Source: Trichomonas gallinae (lineage: Eukaryota). From it: a stretch of 27,085 nt of DNA. Position numbers and translations under genes: made by a program. The first letter of the stretch is position 1, and every line of letters begins with the position of its first letter. The stretch is taken from the NCBI GenBank assembly GCA_008369845.1, contig MRSU01010797.1, forward strand, positions 62,001 to 89,085, written 5' to 3'. The notes below the pieces were generated by a model that worked only from the letters and a program-made list of their open reading frames with translations, searched no databases and was not told where the DNA came from. This document shows positions 18,671 through 27,085 of the stretch, in pieces.

Positions 18671-21600
18671 TCAAGCAACAACAGACAAGAACTTATTAAT
18701 GACAACTGGCACGCCGGTGACCTCTGGGTATTTCCATGGCAATTGCTTGATATATTCTCCAAGGTGCCTCTTCGCGCAGAAAACTAAGATATTTCTCTGG
18801 TTGCATAATTTCGCGAGGATGTCCAAGTAAGGCTTCGCTACTTCGAATGGGACGTCATCCTTGTAGACAAAGTTTAATGATGTGGCAATGAAATCAGCGT
18901 TCGTTCCAATGTCAGCCTTTTCGAAAACGCCGAGCATGAACTCGCCAACTTTCTGCACGATTGGGTATTCGGCGTTTGGAATTACCTTCATTAATCCATC
19001 CCACAGCTCATCAGTTCCAAGCGTGTAAGCCTGCTTTCCATTGAACGCCTCAGCGATCTTTATGCTCTGCTCGACGTGGTTCTCGAAGTCTTTGAGGATA
19101 GCTGTAACAAGATCTTCGACGTCGAAGTCGGCGGACTGCGAGCACATTTTGACAATTGCGTCCTCATAGATCGGATCGTATGTCGCCACGAAGCAGTGTA
19201 CGAGCTTCTTCCACACGTCGACGACATACTTAGTGTCAATCTCAGCAGGAACGTACATAATAATATTCAAAGAAGCTGGTGTAATCTCAGGATAATCGAA
19301 GCCGGCCAAGCAGCTCTTCCATAATGCCTCTGGAGCACTCCTGACATCGAAGTAGCCGCTGTACGCGCATATTGCATAAAGGAATGGAGAAACAAAGTCA
19401 GAGCACCTTGGAATGATGCATGTCATAATGAGTTCCGTGCATCTTACTGTAACTTTTTCGAGTCTTGGGCTCAATAATGCGTTTGTGAGCTCATCGAGTA
19501 GTGCTGCGAGCTCGTTGTCACCGTCTTCGTAAGCCTGGCTCGTTGGATTTGAGTTTGTGTTGTTCTTTGAGCTGGACGTCGAGTTTTCATCGTCTTCGAA
19601 TTCGAAATCGAACATCTTAGAAGCTCCGAGAAGTTTGTTGACGCCTTGGAAGTCATTTCTCGCGCGCTTTGCAAGCGATGACATGTAGATAGATAAAAGA
19701 GGCGCCAAGCTGCAGGCAGCATCCAAAAGGGAATCTGTTGGACCGAAAATGTTGAGAATGCACCTGAATAACGCTGTGAGGAAGTTTCCATCCTTTGTCT
19801 TGAATATCGGAAGGATGCGGAGTGGATCTATAAGGTCATCGTTGCTGCTTAAAAGAACTTCTACGACATCGATCGAAAAGTGGGACGCTGGGAGCTTCTC
19901 GACTTCTGTGATTTGTACTATTGGATCCTTGAACCTGTCAGAGAACGATTTGATAGCTTCAAGGGCAAGTTCTGGTCTCGTCTTCGAAATTTCGAGGAAT
20001 TTGTTGAACAAAACATCCCATGATATGACACTCTCGATGTCATCCTTGGTCAACAGCATCTTAAGGATTTCACCCGCAATCTGTGAAACCTCTTCGCTCT
20101 TTCTCTGATCGATGAGTTTGAAAAGATCGTTGATGATTTCGATTGTGACAGGAATTTCGGACTGGAAAAGGTTCTGTAGGATCTGTGGCGCTGCTGGATC
20201 GATTGGATTCAATGTGTGAAGCGATTTAACCAAATTCTTATCGCGAGCCTGCATTGTTTCAGATGCTCTCTTGAGTGCTTCAAGATGGGCAGGTTGTGTC
20301 TGGTCGATCCAGTTCCTGAGCTCGCGTTTATCGACATTATCCAATATCGCCCTTCCTTGTTCTAAGTATTTGCGGATGTTTGACATCTTCGGGCGCTTCC
20401 TTGGGTTCTGGGACCAGCATTGGACGATGAGTTCGCCGAATGTTGGCGAGTGAGCAGGTAACTCTGGTCTCCACTTGTTTTTGACGACGCTCATGGCGAT
20501 TTGGAGCGGGAACCAGTTTGGATAGTTGTTTGCGCCAACGAGGAGGTCGTAGAGAAGCAAACCAAACGAATACGTGTCGACTGATGTATCATAAACTGCA
20601 TAAGCGTTTCCGATGAGTTCTGGAGCCATGTAAGTAATAGTACCGAGTTCGGCAGTCATCTTAGGACCATAATTTCTTGATAAACCGAAGTCGCAAAGAA
20701 TCGCCATATCATTATCATCAAGTAAAACGTTTTGAGGCTTGATATCACGATGGATGATGTGTATAAGGTCGAGATATTCGAGAGCTCTTGCAATGCCAAT
20801 GGCAATTTTCATTCTTCTTGTATTATTCAGTTGTTCTGGGTTCTTTTCGAGCTGAGAATATAGCGAACCGTTCGCGATATACTTCGTGAGGATGGAAAAC
20901 GGCGGAGTGACGGTGACACCGATTAAATTAATGACGTTTGGATGCTTAAGTTGGATTAAGCAGTTTAATTCACGTTTTAGAGTGTAAAGTTTTCTTGCTG
21001 GCATGTCTATTCTCGTCAGCTCCTTGACAGCAACAATATCTTTGTTCTTATACTTCGCTTTATAAACTTTTGCGTATGCGCCATGTCCAATTTCTTCGAT
21101 ATTCTCGAACTCTTTGTGATAAACGAGTCCTGTGTTTGGAGATAAGTCTGTGTCTGATGGTTTGCGTAAAATAACTTCGATTCTGTCGATTGTAATTTTT
21201 AATGCATCTTTTAATTTCGATTCTTTGCGCATAGTTGGGACGTATCCCTTGATTACTTTGTGTAAGAGAGCTAAATCCAGGTTGTGAGCGAACATCAAAG
21301 GCTCAATGTCGGCAAATGCTGCTGGCTCCAAAAAACTTGCGCAAACGGAATAAGCGGTGAAAATTTGTGCAAGTTCATCGTATTGTTTCGATAATGGTGC
21401 TGACAAAACGTAATTTAACCATTTCTTATCTTGATATTTTAATATTATAGTAAGAAAAGCAGACGACGTCTTTGCAAATTCGAGCATATACTGAACCTCA
21501 TTGATAGTCAGTAAGTTTTTCGCCTTTGCATTAAAACCTTTGTAACATTTTTTCATTTCTTCGCGAATAATCATGAATTTGTTGATACCGTAGGCAGATT

Positions 21601-21688
21601 TCTTAAGCGCTCCACTTATTGACATCTCTAGGTACTTGAAATAGTCTCTCCACTCAGGGCAGTTCAGTGGAAGAGAAGTACCGTTCAT
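18671..21688 (-). CDS. TKL-family protein kinase with N-terminal helical bundle and C-terminal ARM/HEAT-like region
   Basis: GHGAYAKV, VAVKE, HRDIKPQN, DFG and GTITYMAPE are intact. About 180 aa of amphipathic helices precede the kinase and about 540 aa of helical sequence follow it. Confidence 0.92.
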   Translation of the reverse strand: MNGTSLPLNCPEWRDYFKYLEMSISGALKKSAYGINKFMIIREEMKKCYKGFNAKAKNLLTINEVQYMLEFAKTSSAFLTIILKYQDKKWLNYVLSAPLSKQYDELAQIFTAYSVCASFLEPAAFADIEPLMFAHNLDLALLHKVIKGYVPTMRKESKLKDALKITIDRIEVILRKPSDTDLSPNTGLVYHKEFENIEEIGHGAYAKVYKAKYKNKDIVAVKELTRIDMPARKLYTLKRELNCLIQLKHPNVINLIGVTVTPPFSILTKYIANGSLYSQLEKNPEQLNNTRRMKIAIGIARALEYLDLIHIIHRDIKPQNVLLDDNDMAILCDFGLSRNYGPKMTAELGTITYMAPELIGNAYAVYDTSVDTYSFGLLLYDLLVGANNYPNWFPLQIAMSVVKNKWRPELPAHSPTFGELIVQCWSQNPRKRPKMSNIRKYLEQGRAILDNVDKRELRNWIDQTQPAHLEALKRASETMQARDKNLVKSLHTLNPIDPAAPQILQNLFQSEIPVTIEIINDLFKLIDQRKSEEVSQIAGEILKMLLTKDDIESVISWDVLFNKFLEISKTRPELALEAIKSFSDRFKDPIVQITEVEKLPASHFSIDVVEVLLSSNDDLIDPLRILPIFKTKDGNFLTALFRCILNIFGPTDSLLDAACSLAPLLSIYMSSLAKRARNDFQGVNKLLGASKMFDFEFEDDENSTSSSKNNTNSNPTSQAYEDGDNELAALLDELTNALLSPRLEKVTVRCTELIMTCIIPRCSDFVSPFLYAICAYSGYFDVRSAPEALWKSCLAGFDYPEITPASLNIIMYVPAEIDTKYVVDVWKKLVHCFVATYDPIYEDAIVKMCSQSADFDVEDLVTAILKDFENHVEQSIKIAEAFNGKQAYTLGTDELWDGLMKVIPNAEYPIVQKVGEFMLGVFEKADIGTNADFIATSLNFVYKDDVPFEVAKPYLDILAKLCNQRNILVFCAKRHLGEYIKQLPWKYPEVTGVPVVINKFLSVVA

Positions 21689-22929
21689 TTCTTTAGTTTT
21701 TTACTTTTATTTATGACAATGCTAAATAAACGCGGACTATAATAGATCTACTTCTAAATATATAATGTTTACCTTCAAAAACCTCTGAAAAGTTTGCCAA
21801 TAAAAAGATACATGCAAAAACATTTATTAAATGCTATATATATAATCTATGCATTATATAGTGTCTGAAAATGAGAAAATTTCGATTTTGGAATTGTACA
21901 ACATTAAGGTTATTATTTGAAGGGGTCCGGTAAATGACCTACAATTTTCACTCGACATCGGTTTTATTCAATTTTAACAGATACCCAGTGTAAATCCCTC
22001 AATTAATTACCGGGGCAATTTTAACATATCTATTACTATACTTTGTAGACACAAGAAACTTTATCCCATGCCTAGGTATCTGGCCACACATTTTTTGTTG
22101 CCCTGGGAATCACTTTTCGAGATATATTGGGACTTGAGAAAAGAACTTAAGGTTCGGGATATAGGGTGGGATAACTTTTTTGGAGCCTAAATACTTTGGG
22201 AAAATTTTGGATCTTTAGTCCCAGGCATAATGGTTTACGTATTTTGATCCTGCATTCGAAATTAGATAGGAGTGGAAAGAAATTTTCGTGAATGCTTGCT
22301 TTCTGTTATGCACAGGGCACTGGATTGCACCTCAATTTGCAAGGCAACTTCGCATTGATTTAAGCATTGAGAAAAGAAATGTAAAGGGATATTTAATTTA
22401 TAAAACAATCGATTTTTTAAAAATTGCAAAATATATGAATTTGAATCCATTTTGTGGTATCATAAATAATGAAAGTTGTATTATTTTATCTATAATACAC
22501 ATTTCTTGTATTATAATGTAAATAAGCTAAAATAGCACATAAATTATATTGCTTTCCGTAATAAAAAAATTGAAATTATACAATATTGTTTCAGGTAATC
22601 AACCCAATGTTATAATTGAAGTAGAAAGGTGTGAAATAACAATCAATATATACTTCCCATCATATAATTTGAAATGGAATCATTTAAAAATTATAGCAAT
22701 AAACTTTATTGTTATAGTAAACAATGCAGGAAACTATTATATAAAAATTATTCTCATCAACAATTTATAAAACTGATTATAGATGTTAAAATCTAATAAT
22801 TTGTTTTAATAAGGGTCTTGGTGATATCCCCATATTTGAGAAATTAAAAGGGGGTAATGGTGAAAGACCCTAATTTAAAATGTGAATTAAAGGGTATGAC
22901 ACCAAAAAAATCCCTGTTTTATAAAATAT

Positions 22930-25900
22930 ATGAATGTTAATCGCCAAAAGACTCAATTAGACAGGTTGGCCTTGACTCTTAACTCAAACCGTCCTGGAGA
23001 AGTAGGTCGATATATTTCCAATTCAATTAACTTTATGAAAGATAAGCAATTCGGATATTTTCAATCTACGAGATTTATTGAGCTATTTTATCTAGCAAAA
23101 GTTAGACCAGATGCATATGATTATCCTGATATTCACGCACGTATACTTGAAGACTCAAATTTCCCTGAAGGATTAGCAACAACTCTATTTCTCGCTTTAG
23201 GACACGCATATCAATTCAGAGCAATGAGATTCCCAACAAGTATGCTCCACTTGTTGTATAAAGATATTAATGGAACGAAAGAGTTTTGTAATTTCGATCC
23301 TGCGAAAAAATTAATCGAAATCATTGTGAATTTTTACTTCTACCCACGAGATAGATTAAAACCAGAGATAGCAAATGAAATTAGTCGACTCTATACTCAG
23401 CTTACACCAGCAGATCATCAAGTTATTACTCAAATCACGAATGATATCAATAACAAAGTCTCATATCTACTCGATAAACCATCAGACAAGGATTCCACGA
23501 ATCTTGACATCTTGCTCACTTTTCTTCCGCTTCCAAAATGTACAGAAACAGCTGTGAATTTCTTCCCAACATTAGTTAAGTATTATAGCCACCTTGTTCC
23601 TAATTTCTTGCATGCTCTTATCAACTATTTCAAGAAAGGAAATGCAAACAATCAACAAGTTCGCCAATTATTAACAACTTTTTCGAATCTCAAAGTTGAA
23701 GGCTTCGAAACTGAACATCAGAGCGCTCTCGCGGAAATAGAAAGAGAAAATCCTAGTTTGGGGATATATACAGTCAATATTGACGGAATTACAGGTATCG
23801 AAATTTTGCAAACGACTTTGATGAATAATGATAGGTTCGATACTATTTACCAAAGGCTTCTTAAGAGCATGGAATCAAAGAAACTCAAATTCTCAAGGAT
23901 TAAAATGGTTTTGGAAGCAATTATTCAACAAGTCGATCCAAAACTTAGTAATACTGATTTTCCATACGATTTAGGACGAATTCTGTTCATTTTCATGCTT
24001 TTCTTCAAATGTTCAATTATTGAAGTTTCTGATGCTCTTGATTTTCACAAATTCCAGCGTTTTCTGGCCCTGGTTTACCACAAATCACTCACAGACGGCA
24101 AACTTTCTGATGCAGAGAAATCTGAAATATTTGCAAAATTCGATAAATGGTTTGTTCCAATAACATTCGAGGAAAGCGGCCTCCCAACAGATGATGAAAC
24201 AGTATCAACGCTTTTACTAATAGGAATGCTTGGAAATATTCAAGCATTTTCATCTTTATACAAAGTTCTGTATTATGCGGCACTTTTCCAGCGAATACAG
24301 TTCACCAGGTTCAATCTCATTCATGATGGTGTTATTATTCTTAATCCATCTAACAGCCATATTGAAAAAATCACAAATAACATAAAAGAGCTACTGCAAC
24401 AATCAACATCAGCTATTCAATTAGAAGCTATTGGCAAACTATTCTCGTTTACTCTCATCATTACTGCTCCATCAACGATTGGTGTTGAATTGTGGACTCC
24501 AGATCTTGCTCCTTTCCTTATTGCCGCTCTTGATGACGATAAGACGCTAAAATATGAGCCAGTGAATGTCAGAAACCTCACTTCCCGCCAAATCTATCAA
24601 GATGTGATAATGAATTTCGCTAGATCAGTCGCTTGTTCAGGCCATGCAGCTCTTCATACTGAGCCATACATCAGCTACATCATTTCCAACTTTGATCCTT
24701 CACCACCTCAACGCTGGTTCTTTTCATTAAATTACGGATCTGTACAACGCTTCGACACAGCAGCGCGCATGATGTTCTTGTTCCTGTCGGCTCTTGCCAA
24801 CGAATTCCTTACGAATGGAGCCCAAAGATACGGACTTTCGCTGATGCCAACGGAAGAAATTGAACGCGCAATAAATTTCGTTCTAAGATCGAACCAGCCG
24901 AATGATAAACGCAGCGAAGTTGCTCTCCACATTGCCCCTTACCTGGCATCGCCTGATCACCACGTAAGAGTCGCTGCTTACACATCCATCTGCGTTTTAG
25001 GCGTCGACAATGCAAGGCGGCCGAGATTCATTTTGCCGAACCACTCGAGCTCATTCAACTACGTCGGACAAGCGATAATAATAGAGAACGACTTGGAGAT
25101 GATCACAGACTACAAGTTCTTCCTCCAGTCTTCAGACATGGGCCACAACGCGATGCTAAACTTCCAGAGAAAATGTCCGATAAAGTTCCACTCGTTATGT
25201 GGGGAGTCTGTCGGTTTTGACGTTGATCCTTTGACGATTCCTGACATGAACGCGATACAGTTCCCAGTTCACTCTGTTACTACAGCGAATATCCCTGATG
25301 CCACCGAACTCGCCCTCCCTATGGAGTCAATCAGAGAAATAACAGAACTAAAACCGTTCAAACCACTTCCACCAATAGATTTGCCCGAGCGAACAATAAA
25401 GGAAAATCACGAAAATCAAGTTAATTCAGAATTCCGCTATGAGCCAACAGGTGAAGATGCGGCTTACACCATTATCTACAACAGCATTGCATCTCTCGAG
25501 CCGGTGAGGCCGTTTGACGCAACATATATTTTCGCATGCAGTGTATTGAAGAGGATATTAGTGAAAAATGAAGGAGCATTCGAGCAGATAACCATGCCAA
25601 TGCTTCCTTTGCTTAAGATGCACTTTGCTGGAAACAAAGACGTGCATAAAGAGCACTGGGTGTTTCTGACTGCTTTCCTGTCGATTGTCGCGCTAAGGAA
25701 GAGAATTCCAGTAATGATGTCTGAGTCAGAAAAACTTCTGATGGAGGAAAGAATATTCCCTGTTATAAGAGAGATCGCCCCGCCAGCTGAGTCAGCGATT
25801 CAGGCATTGATGCACTACATACTTAACGAGAGTTCAAACTTGGCTTCATTCATTGTCCCGCCTGACATTTCTATGTACATGGTTGCTAAGAAGGCAGGAG

Positions 25901-26178
25901 TTATTGACATAACTGGCCAGCTCGAGTTCACTTTGATGTTCGAGCACCCTGATGACTCAGACAGGAGAGTAATGAACATGGCGTTCGAACAATCCTTGTC
26001 AACGATGCCAGAAGATTTCGTGAAATTGAATGTCGCACTAATCATGATGGCAGCATCAAAAGACTATGTAAATAGGTTCTTCGATGTAGTTGAAGACAGT
26101 CCAAATGTGAATGTACTGAGAACATGCATCTCCCAACAACTCATCTTGCTCAAATCTCAGATTGAAAGAGTATATTAG
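22930..26178 (+). CDS. Large alpha-helical protein, putative Integrator subunit 1 (INTS1)-like
   Basis: 1082-aa ORF. The motif blocks LFYLAKVRP, AY....FP...LYKDINGTKEF, LPTDDETVSTLLLIGM and LIITAPSTIGVELW match recalled INTS1 blocks in the same order. The CDS itself is secure; the identity is inferred. Confidence 0.7.
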   Translation: MNVNRQKTQLDRLALTLNSNRPGEVGRYISNSINFMKDKQFGYFQSTRFIELFYLAKVRPDAYDYPDIHARILEDSNFPEGLATTLFLALGHAYQFRAMRFPTSMLHLLYKDINGTKEFCNFDPAKKLIEIIVNFYFYPRDRLKPEIANEISRLYTQLTPADHQVITQITNDINNKVSYLLDKPSDKDSTNLDILLTFLPLPKCTETAVNFFPTLVKYYSHLVPNFLHALINYFKKGNANNQQVRQLLTTFSNLKVEGFETEHQSALAEIERENPSLGIYTVNIDGITGIEILQTTLMNNDRFDTIYQRLLKSMESKKLKFSRIKMVLEAIIQQVDPKLSNTDFPYDLGRILFIFMLFFKCSIIEVSDALDFHKFQRFLALVYHKSLTDGKLSDAEKSEIFAKFDKWFVPITFEESGLPTDDETVSTLLLIGMLGNIQAFSSLYKVLYYAALFQRIQFTRFNLIHDGVIILNPSNSHIEKITNNIKELLQQSTSAIQLEAIGKLFSFTLIITAPSTIGVELWTPDLAPFLIAALDDDKTLKYEPVNVRNLTSRQIYQDVIMNFARSVACSGHAALHTEPYISYIISNFDPSPPQRWFFSLNYGSVQRFDTAARMMFLFLSALANEFLTNGAQRYGLSLMPTEEIERAINFVLRSNQPNDKRSEVALHIAPYLASPDHHVRVAAYTSICVLGVDNARRPRFILPNHSSSFNYVGQAIIIENDLEMITDYKFFLQSSDMGHNAMLNFQRKCPIKFHSLCGESVGFDVDPLTIPDMNAIQFPVHSVTTANIPDATELALPMESIREITELKPFKPLPPIDLPERTIKENHENQVNSEFRYEPTGEDAAYTIIYNSIASLEPVRPFDATYIFACSVLKRILVKNEGAFEQITMPMLPLLKMHFAGNKDVHKEHWVFLTAFLSIVALRKRIPVMMSESEKLLMEERIFPVIREIAPPAESAIQALMHYILNESSNLASFIVPPDISMYMVAKKAGVIDITGQLEFTLMFEHPDDSDRRVMNMAFEQSLSTMPEDFVKLNVALIMMAASKDYVNRFFDVVEDSPNVNVLRTCISQQLILLKSQIERVY

Positions 26179-26731
26179 ATTGTTTGAAATAAAGAATATA
26201 TATTTGATTATTATTTCTTCTTATTTATTTCTATATGTTCTCTTTAGTGTCATCAGATGATGATCAATATATGAATAGGAATAAATTTGACACATAAACA
26301 AATAACGATTATTCATATTCGTATGTTCTCATTAACAAATGTGATTGATGAAAATCTTTCATGTTGACATCTGCACCATGTTCAACAAGATATTGAACAA
26401 TTTCAAGTGAGTTCATCTCAACGGTAATCGAGAGAGGAGAGTTATTTTATATAGATAGACAACTTATAATAATATAATGTATCAGTAATAAATTTCTTAT
26501 AATAATGATATATACAAATGTGATTGATGAATAAAAAATCATAATTATAAACAAATTTTGAATGATATTATTACTATTAATATTGAACCCATTCTCAAGA
26601 ATAAATATATTACTAATGGGGAAGAATCCATTGAATCTTAGAATCTGCATTCATGTGAAATAAATGTAATAATTTTTAGGAAATATGTCATTGTAAAATG
26701 TCAAATGTCTGATTTTGTAAAGTAAAAAAGT

Positions 26732-26751
26732 GGCGGTTTGGTTCGTCCTTT
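26732..26751 (+). promoter_or_regulatory. M3 (GGCGGTT) plus M5 (CCTTT) core promoter
   Basis: GGCGGTT at 26732-26738 and CCTTT at 26747-26751, immediately before ATG 26757. M5 is an alternative initiator known from trichomonad ribosomal protein genes. Confidence 0.75.
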
Positions 26752-26756
26752 TATCA

Positions 26757-27085
26757 ATGGGTCACATCGTTCGTGCTCAGCGTAGAGGTAACGGCTCTGT
26801 CTTCCAGGCCCATACCCACCACCGTGCTGGTCCAGCTAAGTTCCGCGCTCTTGATGCTGCCGAGAGAACATCCGTCATCTCCGGTATGGTCAAGGAGATC
26901 CTCCACGACCCAGGCCGTGGCGCTCCACTCGCCAAGCTTGTCTTCAAGAAGGCTGAGGGCAATGGCTTCGAATCAGCTCTCGTTATCGCCACAGAAGGCA
27001 TCCATACAGGCCAGTTCGTCAAGTGCGGCGCTCAGGCTGACCTTCACATCGGCAACATCCTCCCACTCGCCCAGATCCCAGAAGG
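26757..27085 (+). CDS. RPL8: 60S ribosomal protein L8 (uL2), 5' part (runs off the window)
   Basis: Manual translation MGHIVRAQRRGNGSVFQAHTHHR...VKEILHDPGRGAPLAK...ATEGIHTGQFV...GNILPLAQIPEG. Strongly biased, high-expression codon usage. Confidence 0.97.
   Translation, partial: MGHIVRAQRRGNGSVFQAHTHHRAGPAKFRALDAAERTSVISGMVKEILHDPGRGAPLAKLVFKKAEGNGFESALVIATEGIHTGQFVKCGAQADLHIGNILPLAQIPE

Noticed and set aside
22262..22770. Three short ORFs in the intergenic spacer
   Set aside because: AT-rich, I/N/K-biased, with no domain features.
26777..27022. 81-aa minus-strand ORF
   Set aside because: Antisense shadow of RPL8 caused by biased codon usage.
1..27085. Functional gene cluster, prophage or Maverick/Polinton element
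   Set aside because: The genes have unrelated housekeeping and signalling functions on mixed strands. No integrase, DNA polymerase B, packaging ATPase, transposase or long TIRs were seen.
1..27085. Spliceosomal introns
   Set aside because: All credible ORFs are continuous, and I did not see the conserved ACTAACACACAG 3' motif by eye.

Overview
Gene-dense, AT-rich eukaryotic DNA with no introns seen. It is most consistent with a trichomonad (Trichomonas vaginalis-like): TCAWT initiators lie a few bases before ATGs, M3 (RCGGTT) and M5 (CCTTT) core-promoter motifs are present, and there are DUF3447/ankyrin and TKL kinase families. It holds about 15 protein genes and tRNA-Glu(TTC). Genes: a truncated WD40 DmX/Rav1-like gene, a type I surface protein, two TKL kinases with helical C-termini, a class II DnaJ, a DUF3447 gene with a detached ankyrin remnant, a PPPDE/DeSI peptidase, Rab11, a GRAM plus membrane-hairpin protein, GNB1L/Asa1, a pseudokinase-Sel1 protein, a 1082-aa helical protein, RPL8 (partial) and two hypotheticals. 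Top leads: (1) the 1082-aa protein matches several motif blocks of Integrator subunit INTS1 in the right order; (2) one kinase has a possible MLKL-like N-terminal helical bundle; (3) a TG(A/T/C)CRYGTAAA motif forms helically phased arrays (about 20 or 31 bp spacing) in five intergenic clusters. All homology calls come from recalled motifs, not from database searches.
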